Shown piece by piece: positions 14,497 to 27,109 of a DNA stretch of 64,000 bases (positions are counted from its first letter, which is position 1; each line of letters begins with the position of its first letter). The notes under the pieces are model-generated. The model ran no database searches. It saw only the letters and a program-made list of their open reading frames with translations, and was not told the DNA's origin. The position numbers and the translations under genes are program-made. Origin of the DNA: Paragordius varius (lineage: Eukaryota; Animalia; Nematomorpha); assembly GCA_964247055.1 (NCBI GenBank), contig OZ176055.1, positions 7,998,001 to 8,062,000 on the forward strand, written 5' to 3'.

Positions 14497-16250
14497 CACT
14501 ATGATTGTGTACAAAAAAGGGTTATTTTTTTAACAAAATAATTTTTTTTTTCATGAGATTATCACCAGTGAATTCATTTGCCGCAAAAATCTTAATTTGA
14601 TTACCTAGTTTTTGAAATATTAAGAGAACATCGAAATCGGGCAAAAAGGGAAAATTAAGGATAATTCAAAAAGTAATGATAAAATTTGAGATATTATGGT
14701 TTTTTCTCATTTTAGATGATATTTTCATTATATACATAGCCTCAAATCATATAAATAGGGTTTCTATGAAATCTCAGTTCAAAAGACGGGGTATTTATTT
14801 TAACACACTTAAAAGTCAATTTTTATGAAACTATATTAAAATAATTTTTTTAATTATTTACTAGCTAAACTCATTATTAATATCAACATTTATATTTATT
14901 CAGTTAAAAAAACTTCTATATAAAAATAAAACTAAAAAATATTGTTTTTTATTTTTTCATATATTTGTAATCTGTTTATTACGGTATAAAAAATTTACTG
15001 TCTTATGGAATTTCAAATGAAGAATTAAAAAGTATACAATTTATGCAAAAGGGGATTTAAAAGTGGGGGAATATCAACCAAAAATCCTTAAAATCCGTCT
15101 AATAAGTCTGTTTTAAGACAAATTAAAATTTTTATTGGGATTTGTATTCCACTACTTTTAAATCCTATTTTGCATAAAATATATACTTTATAATTCCAAC
15201 TCATGTACGATTCTAAAATAAAACAGGAATGTTTTATACACTCATAAACCAGATGACAAAAAATGAAAATTAAAAGGCAACATTTTTCGGTTTTATTTCG
15301 ATATAAAAAATTTTTTATTGAATAAAATATGAATTTTAAGATTTTAATAGTGAGTTTGCTAGTAAATATTGAAAAAAATTATTTTAATATAGTTCCATAA
15401 AAAAATTTGTCTTTTAAGTGTTTTAACACTTCGATTCGGTTTTTAAAAAACTACTGAATGAAACGGTCCCAATTTTAATTTATGCTTCTATCCTAATAAA
15501 AATTATATAAATATGCCAAAATATCTAAATAAAAGTTTGTTTTGAAAAAAAAGTTCCATGTCAAACTCCTTAGACGCCATTTTTATTTTACTGCAAAATA
15601 TCGTCTTAATTATATTTTAAGGGTAAAATTAAAGCTAATTTTTTATTTAAATTACATCTAACATTGATAGAAATAGAAAAAGCGGTTTATTTTGTATTTT
15701 TTTCAATTTTACCAACGCACACATGTCACGGTGACCAAAATTTTACCTTTCGATTTTAGCTTAAAATAAGTAATATCAAGTATTTTTGAATAAAATTTTT
15801 TATATATTTCGGTTTATTAATGTTTTATAGGTGCAAAATTTTGCCATGGTTTCGATTTCTTCCAAATTTTTTGAAGAATATTATTTTAAACAGGCCTGGG
15901 GTATTTAACTACCCTAATTCGAATCGAAGGACTAAATGAATGTGTTGTATTCAAGTGTTAAAGAGAAACACCATCTTTTGAGCTTTTTATTTAAACCCTA
16001 ACCATATGATTTTAGGATATTTATATATTGAAAATATCTCCATGATAAAAACCATAATATCTCAACTTTTATCATTATTTTTGAATTATCATTAATTATC
16101 CTTAATTTTAACTTTTTTCCCGATTTCGATTTTCTCTCAATATTTCAAAAACAAGGTCGTGAGCAAATAAAAAATTTATACGGTAAATGAATACGCTGGT
16201 CATAAGCTATCTCATAAAAAAATTATGTTAAATTTTTTTTGCACACAGTG
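14497..16250. mobile_element. Foldback element family C copy 1, interrupted by a piggyBac-like insertion
   Basis: Long inverted arms ending gcacacagtg|TA; homologous throughout to 24792-25914. Confidence 0.8.
15427..15957. mobile_element. Non-autonomous piggyBac-like element, family D copy 1
   Basis: TTAA|CACTTCGA...TTCAAGTG|TTAA; homologous to 31382-31947 and 40806-41368. Confidence 0.8.
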
Positions 16251-18189
16251 TATATATATTAGCTATTATTAATTTGCAAAGATAGAAGCCACAAAGAATT
16301 TTTAATTAACGGAAATTTTTAAAACCACACAATGTTGGGTTTATTTGGCTTATAAGCATCGTTGCATGTAATATTTTTCAGATCCTATATACTAATCACT
16401 TCTATAAACACACTAAAACATTAAAACCTATATTTTTAACTCAAAATTTGGTAAACTCTATGATTTATAAAAGAAGTGGAAAATTTGAACATAAATTTAT
16501 TGTACATAGTTATATATTATCCATTTTATATATTAATGATACAATGAAATACATTCGGTGAGATAATCATATGGGTGAACTGATAATTTTGTCTTAAATG
16601 AAAAATATTAAAATTTAGATATTACAAATTGCAGAAGTTTGAATTTGCATCCTACTAAATTAATATCAAATTATTTAATTCTTCACATAAGCGGATATTA
16701 ATTTGATAACTTCCACAATAATTTGGATGGATGGATTGATTAATTAAAATTAATAATATATTGATGGCTAGCAATTAATGTATGCATTAATAATTAATTA
16801 GAATTGTAAGAACATTTCCCATAGCGCCTTTCTTTGTATTGGTAGTCATTTTTTGGCTACCTTGTTATAATTTTTTTAAAAAAAATATATTTTACGTAAC
16901 TTTTAATTCAATCGACAAAATCATAATTATTTAAATATTATAGTTAATCTTTCGTATTTGTTCATTGAGGATGTTCCTTAAATGTATTAATGACTATTTC
17001 CATATAATAGAATTTAAATTTGTAAATCAACTACAGTTTAAAAGGTTATTTTGGTTAAAACTTAATTATCAAATATTTTTCTCATATATTAGATATAAAG
17101 GATTATATTTTTTACATTTTGTGACTTCTAGATAGACTCTAAAATAGAGACTGCTCCAAAACAAGATTGAAATGAACAGCCGATATTTATTTAGAATATA
17201 TCAAATTATTGCTAGTAAAATGTAGCCCAGAAGCTTTCTAGCAATAATTATTTACATTTTCTAATTATAATATACATATTTGTATGTATTAGCGATTTAT
17301 AAAAGTTTATAAAAAAATGGTGAGATGAGGATTTTTGTACAATTTTACTTTTTTTTCATTAAAAAAATTATATAATGCGCCTAAAAGGCTAAAGAAAGCA
17401 TATTATTTTTAAATTCGGCCGCCTTAATTACTTTTTAAGATATTCGAATTTCAAATCGTTCTGGGATAAAAAACTATCCCAAAAGGTAATGACAAAGCCA
17501 AAAGCATTATGAGAATCCCGATATATCTATCTATCTATCTATCTATCAAAAATATTATTTTATACTCCCCGATTTTGTTAACTGTGTTTATGGCAAATTC
17601 CGTGGCTAAAATTCTTTAAAATCAAAATCTTCCTCATAAAATAAATTATATAATCGTAAAATGTAAGAAAAATACAATCTTGTATTCATTTTTCACAAAA
17701 TATTTATTATTTATAATTATTAATTAATATAGTAAAATGTTGGATCTATTTGAAACCTGATATGGTTCCAAATATATTAGTTTTGATACAATTTTTTTTT
17801 AATTTTTTAATAGTATATTAAAATATAAAATTTTCGCATCTTCTTTGATCGAGTTCATTTTAGTACTTGATGCTTTTTAAAGTAGTTTTTTCCCTCAGGA
17901 CTATATGTTTATGTCAAAAATAATGCAAGTAACTTACGTTGAATTATCACAATCTACACTTTAAATAATTTAACAAAGCTTGACTTTTTACAAATATAAT
18001 TGATTTCAAATGTAATAATCTGGCGGCATAAATTATAACTTCAACATTATATCTGCTTTAAGTTTGTTTTAAAGACATTAACCAATTTTAAATTGATCTA
18101 AAGGATGTGTTACTGAAGTTAATATAAAATTGTTTTGTTATAAAATGATTTATGACATGGTGCTTTTCTGGCAAAATTTTTATTTTACA

Positions 18190-18455
18190 ATATACCATTT
18201 ACAATTAAAATTAAACAATTATTCACCCTCGAACAATTTAAAATCACCCTAAAATAAAATATATGTTTTTCAAGATTAAAAATTAGCTACATTTTTATAT
18301 ATATTTTTTTAAAAAAATTGTTTTAAATTAAAATAATACTGAAAAAATTGCCATAAAAATATATTTCATATTAATAATGAGTTATAATTGAAACACATAA
18401 TTTATTTATAGGGTGAATTTGAAATGTTCAAGGGTGAGATCTGTAAATGGTATAT
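18190..18455. mobile_element. MITE family A copy
   Basis: ATATACCATTTAC...GTAAATGGTATAT termini plus family core. Confidence 0.8.
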
Positions 18456-18635
18456 GATTTCTTAATTTTGATTAATTAAAAAGTTGATATAATTTTTTGA
18501 CTCTTACGCTCCAAAACAAATAAAAAACCCCATGTCATACATTTTTGTAATAATAGAATAATATTTCCTCAGAATATTTTTTTTGTCTTCTACACAGTAT
18601 AATTTTATCCTAATAATCACTAATTAAGCCACTAT

Positions 18636-18960
18636 ATGATATACCTTATGGATTATTCTAACGTAGTTTATGAATATATAGTTGATTATAAATTTATTGG
18701 CCCCTTTAAAAGTATAATATATATTGTAAAAATATTAATTAAGTCTTTTTGTTTTAACCAATCAACTAATCATTGTATATCACATCATATTGGAATAAAT
18801 TTTTTATTTCTTTTGCAACAATATAATTGGTTATCAAAGAATCCTCAGTTGCAGAGTTTTAATTTGCATCCAACTGAAATAAATATTAGCAATTAAATAT
18901 ACCTCTTGGAATTAGGGGATAAGAATTTCCCTTAAAGGGCTCCACAATAATTTTTGGTGG
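18636..18960 (+). pseudogene. Possible decayed Tc1/IS630-type transposase C-terminal fragment
   Basis: Translation FCFNQSTNHC...YNWL...QSFNLHPTEI loosely follows FQQDNAP-H...WL...QSPDLNPIE; a second related DNA copy lies at about 16620-16730. Confidence 0.3.
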
Positions 18961-20106
18961 TATTAACTAAAAATGTTACATTAAACAAATATATATATGT
19001 TAAAAAATATTAATAATTTCCTTTTTCTTATTTAAAAGGGTAGGTAAGATTTATATTATAAAATCCATAAAAATTTTATTCAGAGAGTGAAAATGGAAAA
19101 ATTGTGCAGTTTTGAAGTTTGCTCTTATGCCTAAGTTTCATTTACAAAACTGAATCGTAACCATCCGTTTTTTCCTAATTTAGAAGTATGAAAGTTACAA
19201 AAAGTTGGGATAGATATCCTGTTAACATAAATATATTTATAGATTATATAATTATTTTCTCGTCTTATTTCAATATTTTTAATTTAAATATATATAAAAA
19301 TAAAATTTTGTGAATGCCAAAAACTATCCTAGTCCATATTTTAAGATTCTTCTTACCTAATTCAAAATTATATTAAATGTATGTACCTAATAACAACAAT
19401 TTTAACAATTATGCGAAACTTTAAGTAATAATATTTAAAAATTTAATTATGCGCCAACATTTTTCGTAAAATAAAATATTATTTTATATGTAAAAGAGTA
19501 TATATATAGAAAAATAAAAAAAAATACTTCGTCGTAATTAAGGTCGGGTAGATACCGAGCATCAACCGTTATCATCACATTTAAAAGAATTAGGAGAACA
19601 AGATTTTTTATAAGTTTCATATTTGTTTTTATATTTCTTATGTGTCGGATATTCTAGATGGATTTGCATGTGCGAACAGAAGAGAAAAAAATTGTGATGA
19701 AGTAATTAATAGAGAAAGCAATGGATATTTATAATTATATATGTGTGTGCAGTTGTAGACTAAATAAAGTAATATATGGAGGGGCAAGGGGGGTGTTAAT
19801 ATAATTATATTATTCCATTGTTATTTGTATAAATAAATATGTGAGTCAATAAAGGATGTAACACAAATTAAATAAATATTACATAAGTATCCTTTGTAAT
19901 TAATACAAATATTACACATAATTAGACAAATAAATTGTATTATTGTATATCAGAGGTTTTTTCGCGGGGTCCTCACACAAGCCCTACAAGATATTTCTGC
20001 AGTCCGCCACAGAAATTTAAAATGAAAAAACACAGAAAATCAAAGTAAAATGATTTTGTTGGACAAATTGTCTATAATAATTGTCTCTCCTTCCGAATGT
20101 TGGCAG

Positions 20107-20640
20107 TAGGGTTGTGCTGACCAAGTCATGTGACCGGGTCATGACCAGGTCAGTGACTATTTATTTTTTGACCATGGTCATTTAAAAAACAGCTGTTATT
20201 TGAAAAATTGGTGGTAATTTTTTTGGAGAAAAAGAGTAAGTTATTTTTTAATATATTTTAAAAAAAATATATAAATATTTAAATTTGCTTATTTAAAAAT
20301 TTAAAATGTTAAACATGCATCCTTAAAACATTAGCATTTAAGCATATCCAGAAAAAGAAGACAATCCAACTTTTTATAAAATATTCAATTATTCCATATA
20401 TGGGAATTAATAAAATGAAAAAAACATTTTATAATTGGATATTTCAATGATCAAAGAAAGTGTAAAAGAAATAGGAAAAATTTTATTTGAAATATCCAGT
20501 ATTAAAAGCGAGTTTGAAAATTCAGAAGTAATTTCATAATCCAATATTGCATGGTATATACTTAGGTAAAGTGGTCATGACCACGGTCTGACCGGGTCTG
20601 ACCGGACTTTTTTGAAAAAGCAGTCAAATGCAAAACCCTA
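20107..20640. mobile_element. Non-autonomous hAT element with TGACC subterminal repeats
   Basis: TIR TAGGGTTGTGC / GCAAAACCCTA; perfect 8-bp TSD gttggcag at 20099-20106 and 20641-20648. Confidence 0.85.
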
Positions 20641-21650
20641 GTTGGCAGTATAAATTGTTAAATAAAATAGCAGTTTTTAAGTCGTCTGTTTGAAATTTAT
20701 TAATTCGTAAATTTCAAAGTTTTTTTGATTCAACATTGCTGCCCGCGAAGCTTTTGTGTTTGGCCGTGTCAACTATGGAAAAAAGGGTATCAAAAAAAGT
20801 GCACGATTTATGCTAAAAAGAGTAGGATATATTAACAAAGATTTCCCGTAGTACAAATTGCGCAACTATCCTGGATGGTGAAAATCGAACTTACAACTAT
20901 TATGATGTTACTTAATACTATATATATAATTTAAAACCTGTAAGGTTTTAACTACTGAATATATAGATATATATATCTTAAATTTATTAATCGTTGTTAC
21001 ATAGGTAATAAAATATAAAAAAATAACATGGATAATATTTAATTATAACTTAAAATTTCTATCATATATCTACATTATGCAACATTAGCTCAGAAAAAAA
21101 GGTTAACATGTATTTTTAAATCGTGTTGTTTTCATAAAATGAATAATGATGTAACATGATCAATATATATGTTGTTTATAGCAAAAACGGACATCTATTT
21201 TATAGTTAAAATTGGGTCCTAAAAATAGATGAAAGGGAAACTAAGGCGCGGACCTATAACAAACAACTAATTAAAATGATGTATGTTTACATATATTATA
21301 TATATGTTTAATCAAGATAATTAAAACTAAAATAATGAATATAATTTAATATCTTATATCAGCGCTTAGAGTTCTAGTAATGTTGTCTTGTAATAACGAT
21401 TTAGAACTTGGTCGATTTGAAACTAGTTCTAACGTAATACCACACAATTTGACACAATAAATTAAAATTGTTTCACGTTTAGCAAAATGATCCTCACTTT
21501 TTTTATGTAATAAATTACAGTAAAATCTGAAATTATACGAACAAAACTTAACAATATAATGACAAATATTTATATCTAAAATACAACCATACTTTTTAAA
21601 TTTTGATTTATTTCAATATAACTCATTGTTTTAGAAGGCAAAGTGTGAAA

Positions 21651-23600
21651 TCAAATTTATAAGGAAAATGCTGGCTTTGTGACCTGTTTCCGGAAAAACC
21701 GGTAGACCCATTCAAATCCAAATGTCGAAGCCCCGACAATAGCTTTGCCCTTTTTTAAATTAGGCCACCAGTTCGGGCTCACCTTGTGTAAAAAACGGTT
21801 TTTTTTTGAAAACAGAGTCCCAATCGTGTCTTTGAGGCAATTTTCCGGAAAACATGTCAACCATTTGATTTCAAATATTGTTTTTTTACTTATTTTCGAT
21901 TGCGCCGAACATAGTCGGCTCGCTTTTTTATTTAGGCCCTCTTTTTACACGCTCCCCCTATAAAATGGCATTTTTTTCAAAAAAAATAAGTCCACAAAAA
22001 TAATTATTTAAGTCTATTTTTCGCCCAAAATATGAGACCTTAAAAATGTAATGAGGATTTCAGGTATTCCCTGTTAAAAGGCAAAAATTTTAGTCCTGCG
22101 TTTTTTTATATTGGCTGCTGGGTAATAAAAACTGCGCCATCCTATCGAAATGGCGTGCCTTCGGGGCTAAATTTCAGATATCAGGCCATATGTCAATACG
22201 TGCTTAAAATATTACCCTTAAAAATGCAAAAATTTAGGTAGTGCGATTTTTTAAAATTAGCCGTTAATTAGTCCCTTCACGCCCTAAAAAATGCGCCACC
22301 ATAGATTTTTAGTTTTGAGGCAATTTTGCCAAAAACCAATGAGAGCATATGGAATCAATCATTATTCCAGGTATTCTTCGTAAAAAGGCTAAAATTAATC
22401 AAGCGCTCTTTTTGTATCAACCTCTGGGTAGGGAGCTACTAGCCTAAAACTGCGCCACCATATCAAAATTGTGAAGTTTAGGAGTTAATTTTCAGAAAAC
22501 TTATCAGGCTACATAATTTCTATAAGGGCCTGAAATATTACCCGTAAAAGGCAAAATTTTAGTCGAGCGGTTTTTATAAATTAGCCGTATTAGCCCTACG
22601 CCCTAAAAATGTTCAATCCTTGAACTATTATTTAGTTTTGAAGCCATTCCTCCAAAAACTATTAAGAACATGTAAAATGAATAATGATTCCAGGTATTCC
22701 CCTATAAAGGCAAAAATTTTTATTGAAAGTCTTTTTTATATTGGCATCTGGGTAGTGGGCTACCCGCTAACAATTGCACCGCCATATCGATACAGCTTAA
22801 CTTTGGAAGTAAATTTTAGAAAACTTATCAGACCATATGAGTTTAATAAGGGCTTGAAACATTATCCGTATGGGGCAAAAATTTAAGTAGAGCGGTTTTA
22901 TTAAATTTTTCTTAAATTAGGCCCTTGCCCTAAAAAAGGCGCCACCATAGAATGACTTTTTGGTTTTGAGGCAATTTTTTGAAAATCCCACAAGAGCATA
23001 TGGATTCAATCATAATTCCAGGTATTACCCGAATTAAGGCATAAATTTCGAGCGTTTTTTGTTTCGCACTGGTTAAAGGGCTACCCGCGTAAAACTGCGT
23101 CACCATATCGCATGCCTTTGGAGCCAAATTTCAGAAAACCTTATGTAATCCATGATAATTTCAGATATTCTCCATATAAAGGTAAAAATTTTGCTCAACG
23201 CTTTTTTATACCTGCCCCTGGGTAAAGAGCTGCTCGCCAAAAACTGCGCCACTATATAGAGATTGCGTTGTTTTGGAGCTACTTTACAGAAAATTTATGA
23301 AGCCATATGAGCTCAGAAATATTACCCGTACGGTCGTTTTTTATTGGCCATTAATTTGGGGTCTTGATAATCTAAAAATACGTCATCTTATTTAGTGTCG
23401 AGGTATTTTTTCGAATAACCCATGAGACGATGGCATCAAAGATGATTCCAAATATTTGCCCTATAAAGGCAAAGAATTTAACTCAGCGTTTTTTCCATAT
23501 ATGTCTATGGGTAGGGGTCTACCGGTTTAAGACTGAGACTTCATACAAAAATGGCGTGGTTTTGGAGTTTTTTAAAATCTTAACAAACCATACCAGTTCA
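21651..23600 (+). mobile_element. Helitron-family copy carrying an internal tandem array
   Basis: A|TCAAATTTATAAGGAAAATGCTGGCTTTGTG 5' end matches the 9811-10410 element over about 380 bp; 3' end not established. Confidence 0.6.
22030..23600. repeat. Degenerate tandem satellite, ~320-bp dimer of ~160-bp subunits
   Basis: caggtatt anchors at 22061, 22368, 22691 and 23019 (spacing 307, 323, 328); aaaggcaaaaattt and gcgccaccata motifs recur about twice per unit. Confidence 0.8.
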
Positions 23601-24462
23601 GTTAAACACTTTTCTGGGGAATTTGTATAATATCGTTCTTTCCTTTAGAAATGATCACAAATGATTTACTTTCATATCCCTTGATCTCAGCTGGTGAACA
23701 CAATTTCAAAATAAAACTTTTAACCATGATTTTGTAAAACGAAAATCTTAAAATTAATCCAATGATAGTTAAATATTTACTTAAATAAGGGACAATTTAA
23801 ATATGAATTTCGAGTAAACAATATTTGAGCCTATGCAAAAACCGTAAAAGAATAATTAAAGACATTCTTTTTATAAAATATGTTTTTTTATTATTTTTTA
23901 TCTCCATTACTTCTATTTATTGCAAATTATTAAAAATTATTATCGGTGAGACTACGTCACAGCGAAGCGTAGAGTTATAAATTACTATAACAATCAATTC
24001 TATATTTTATAATAGTACCTAAATATATAGAAAAAATTAAATTTTATTAAATGGTTGTCCTTTAGACAAAAATTATTGTCTTTATATTATTTGCTTTTTG
24101 TATAATTTAAAGATTTTTTGATTTTTTATTGTTCGATTTTACATATCATTAAAATTAAGTATGAATCTGATTGGACAATTAGTAGATTTATATCCGTGAC
24201 TATACTTATAAATTCAACCACTCAAAAACTTTAAAATATATTTTTTGACTCGATACATAATCAAAATCAAATAATGAAATTAAATTTATAATTAATGCAC
24301 TGAAATTTAATTTTATGTAGATTTTTTTTCATAGCATTTAAATATTATAACTGCTTACACTACATTTATTAAGGAGGTAGGCCAATTATATTTTTTGATC
24401 GGTTTATTCTTGTAGATATGTAATAGACAATCCTTTTATACTTCTAAATTATTTAGAAAAGT

Positions 24463-24711
24463 CCATTTACTCTAATTCAAATTCACCCTTGAACAACTCA
24501 AACTCACCGAACAATTCAAATATACCCTTATTCAAATTCATCCTAAAAAACAATTATGTGTTTTTGAACTAAAATAACTCATTTTAATATGATATGTTAA
24601 TTATAATATTTAAAGTGTAAATAAAATTTAATCTTTTAAAAATATATAAAATATATTTTTTAACCTTTCAAAAACACGTAATTTATTTGGGTAAATTTGT
24701 AAATAGTATAT
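24463..24711. mobile_element. MITE family A copy (degenerate)
   Basis: ccatttac...ttcaaattcacccttgaac...gggtaaatttgtaaatagtatat. Confidence 0.6.
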
Positions 24712-24791
24712 TAGAGCAATAACTAACAAGTTTATAATAATAAGCTTTATCCCTTTTTGCTATGATATTTTATTTTCCATGATTATATATA

Positions 24792-25914
24792 CACTGTGTG
24801 CAAACAAGAGGGTCATTTTGATTTAACGAAAAATATTTTTTTTCATGAGATAGCTTATGACCTGTGAATTCATTTGCAGCAAAAATTTTTGACAACCTAG
24901 TTTTTTAAATATTGAGAGAAAATCGAAATCAGGCAAAAGTGAAAATAAAGGATAATTAAAGATAATGCAAAAAATAATGATAAAATTTGAGATATTATCA
25001 ATATATAAATAGCCTAAAATCTTATAGTTACTATAAAATTCAGCTTAAAAGATGACGTTTTTAACACACTCACAAGACAATTTTTTATAAAACTATATTA
25101 ATAAATATATTTTTTTAATTATTTACTTGCTAAACTCACTATTAAAATCTTAACATCCATATTTTATTTAGTAGAAAAACTTATATATCAAATAAAACCA
25201 AAAAATATTGTTTTTTATTTTTACACTTTTTTGCCATCTGGTTTGTGAGTGTATAAAAAATTTATACTGTGAATCTTACATAGGTGGGAGTTATAAAGTA
25301 TTTAATTTATGCAAAATAGGATTTAAAAGTAGTAGAATACCTTTCAACAATCCTTACAAAGCCCTGTAACACCACTAATTTTGAATCCTATTTTCATAAA
25401 TTATATACTTTATAATTCGCACTGTAAGATGCCAAAATAAAACAGTTTAAATTAATATTACGCTCATGTAAAAATAAAAAACAATATTTTTTGGTTTTAT
25501 TTTAATATATAGGTATTTTTTACTGAATAAAATATGGATGTTAAGATTTTAATAGTGAGTTTAGCTAGTAAATAATTAGAACATTTTAATATAGTTTTAT
25601 AAAAAAAATTGTCTTGTGAGTGTGTATTGAGCTGAAATTTTATAGAAACCCTAACTATATATTAGGCTATTCATATATTGAAAATATCTCCAAAAATAAT
25701 AATAAACCATAATATCTCAAATTTTATCATTATTTTTTGAATTATCCTTACATATCCTTAATTTTCACTTTTTGCCCGATTTCGATCTTCTCTCAATATT
25801 TAAAAAACTAGTGTCAACAAATAATAATTTTTGCGGCAAATGAATTCACTGGTCATAAGCTCATGAAAAAAATTTTTTTCGTTAAATCAATATCACTCTC
25901 TTTTTTGCACACTG
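24792..25914. mobile_element. Foldback element family C copy 2 (1.1-kb imperfect palindrome, TA-flanked)
   Basis: TA|CACTGTGTGCAAA...TTTGCACACTG|TA; arms of about 500 bp pair with each other. Confidence 0.8.
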
Positions 25915-27109
25915 TATATATATATATAATTACCATTTCCTTGTATTTTTTATAAATACCTCTAAAACGCATGTTTCAATTTGTCTTGTTTCCAACTAAA
26001 TATGATGTTTGACATATCTCCAATACCTTTGATTTTTATTATTATCATATAAATAATACATTTTGATGTTTTTTATACCAGAGGCTTAATTGAGGGCTAA
26101 AACTATCAAACCCATATTTAAACAAAAACAAAAAACTTTTATCTTTTACAAAATTTATACTGCATGAAATTTTGAGTGCTTTTAAATCCAATTAAAACCA
26201 AAACTAATGTTATAATTATTACAAAAGATTGCCATCACCAAGCGAAATTTAAATATAATTATTTTAGTTTTTAGAGAACAAAAAACAGAAAAAATTTGGC
26301 GGTAAAAAGTGAAATGTGGATTTTTTAAAAATTCTAATTTTGTTGTAAAAAAATGTTAAATTGCGCCTAAAAGGCAATAAAATGCATCGTGAATTGGCCC
26401 AATATCACATATATTTTTTTAAGTGATCGCTTTGAAGAGCTAGCTCAAAGATCAATTGTTAATTGTAAATTTTACATTATTAAATCATACGTTGTGCATT
26501 ATAATATTCAATGTTAAACATTAGAATATATAAATGTGTATACATGATTTATATTCTCGCATAATGTATGTCAGTTATTTTTTGACCAAAATTTGTTTAA
26601 ATATTTTAAATCTTAACTATTTAAATAAATTGTAATAAAATGATAAAACTAACTAGTTGTTAATTTATGCATTTTATGTTCAAAGTCAATGTCAAAATAC
26701 ACACTTTTCGGGTGAATTGCAAAAGGAATACAAACAAAATCGAAAAAAGAATGAAAATAAGTGTACCGCAAATAGGATTGTAATCATATATCTACGGGGT
26801 GTATCGCTTTCAAAGGTATAAGTTAAAAATTCGTAAATTACGACCTTAAATTGCATATATATCGAATTTGGAATAGGCAAATATTGTAAAATTTGAAATT
26901 GTCATTATTAATCATATAATATTTAAACCTATTATCAAACTACTTGTAATTGGCACAAAATCCGTAAATATTCCAAATCATTGCAAATTTGTATTTTTGT
27001 ACATACTACGAATTGCGTTTTAACATTAATTAATTATACCCACTTTAATATATAAATTAACAATATATTTGGCTCGGGCTATTAAAGTGTAAATCACATT
27101 AGTAAAAAG

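Noticed and set aside
21657-23630. Several 65-90 aa ORFs within the tandem array
   Set aside because: Frames are not conserved between repeat units and show no domain motifs.
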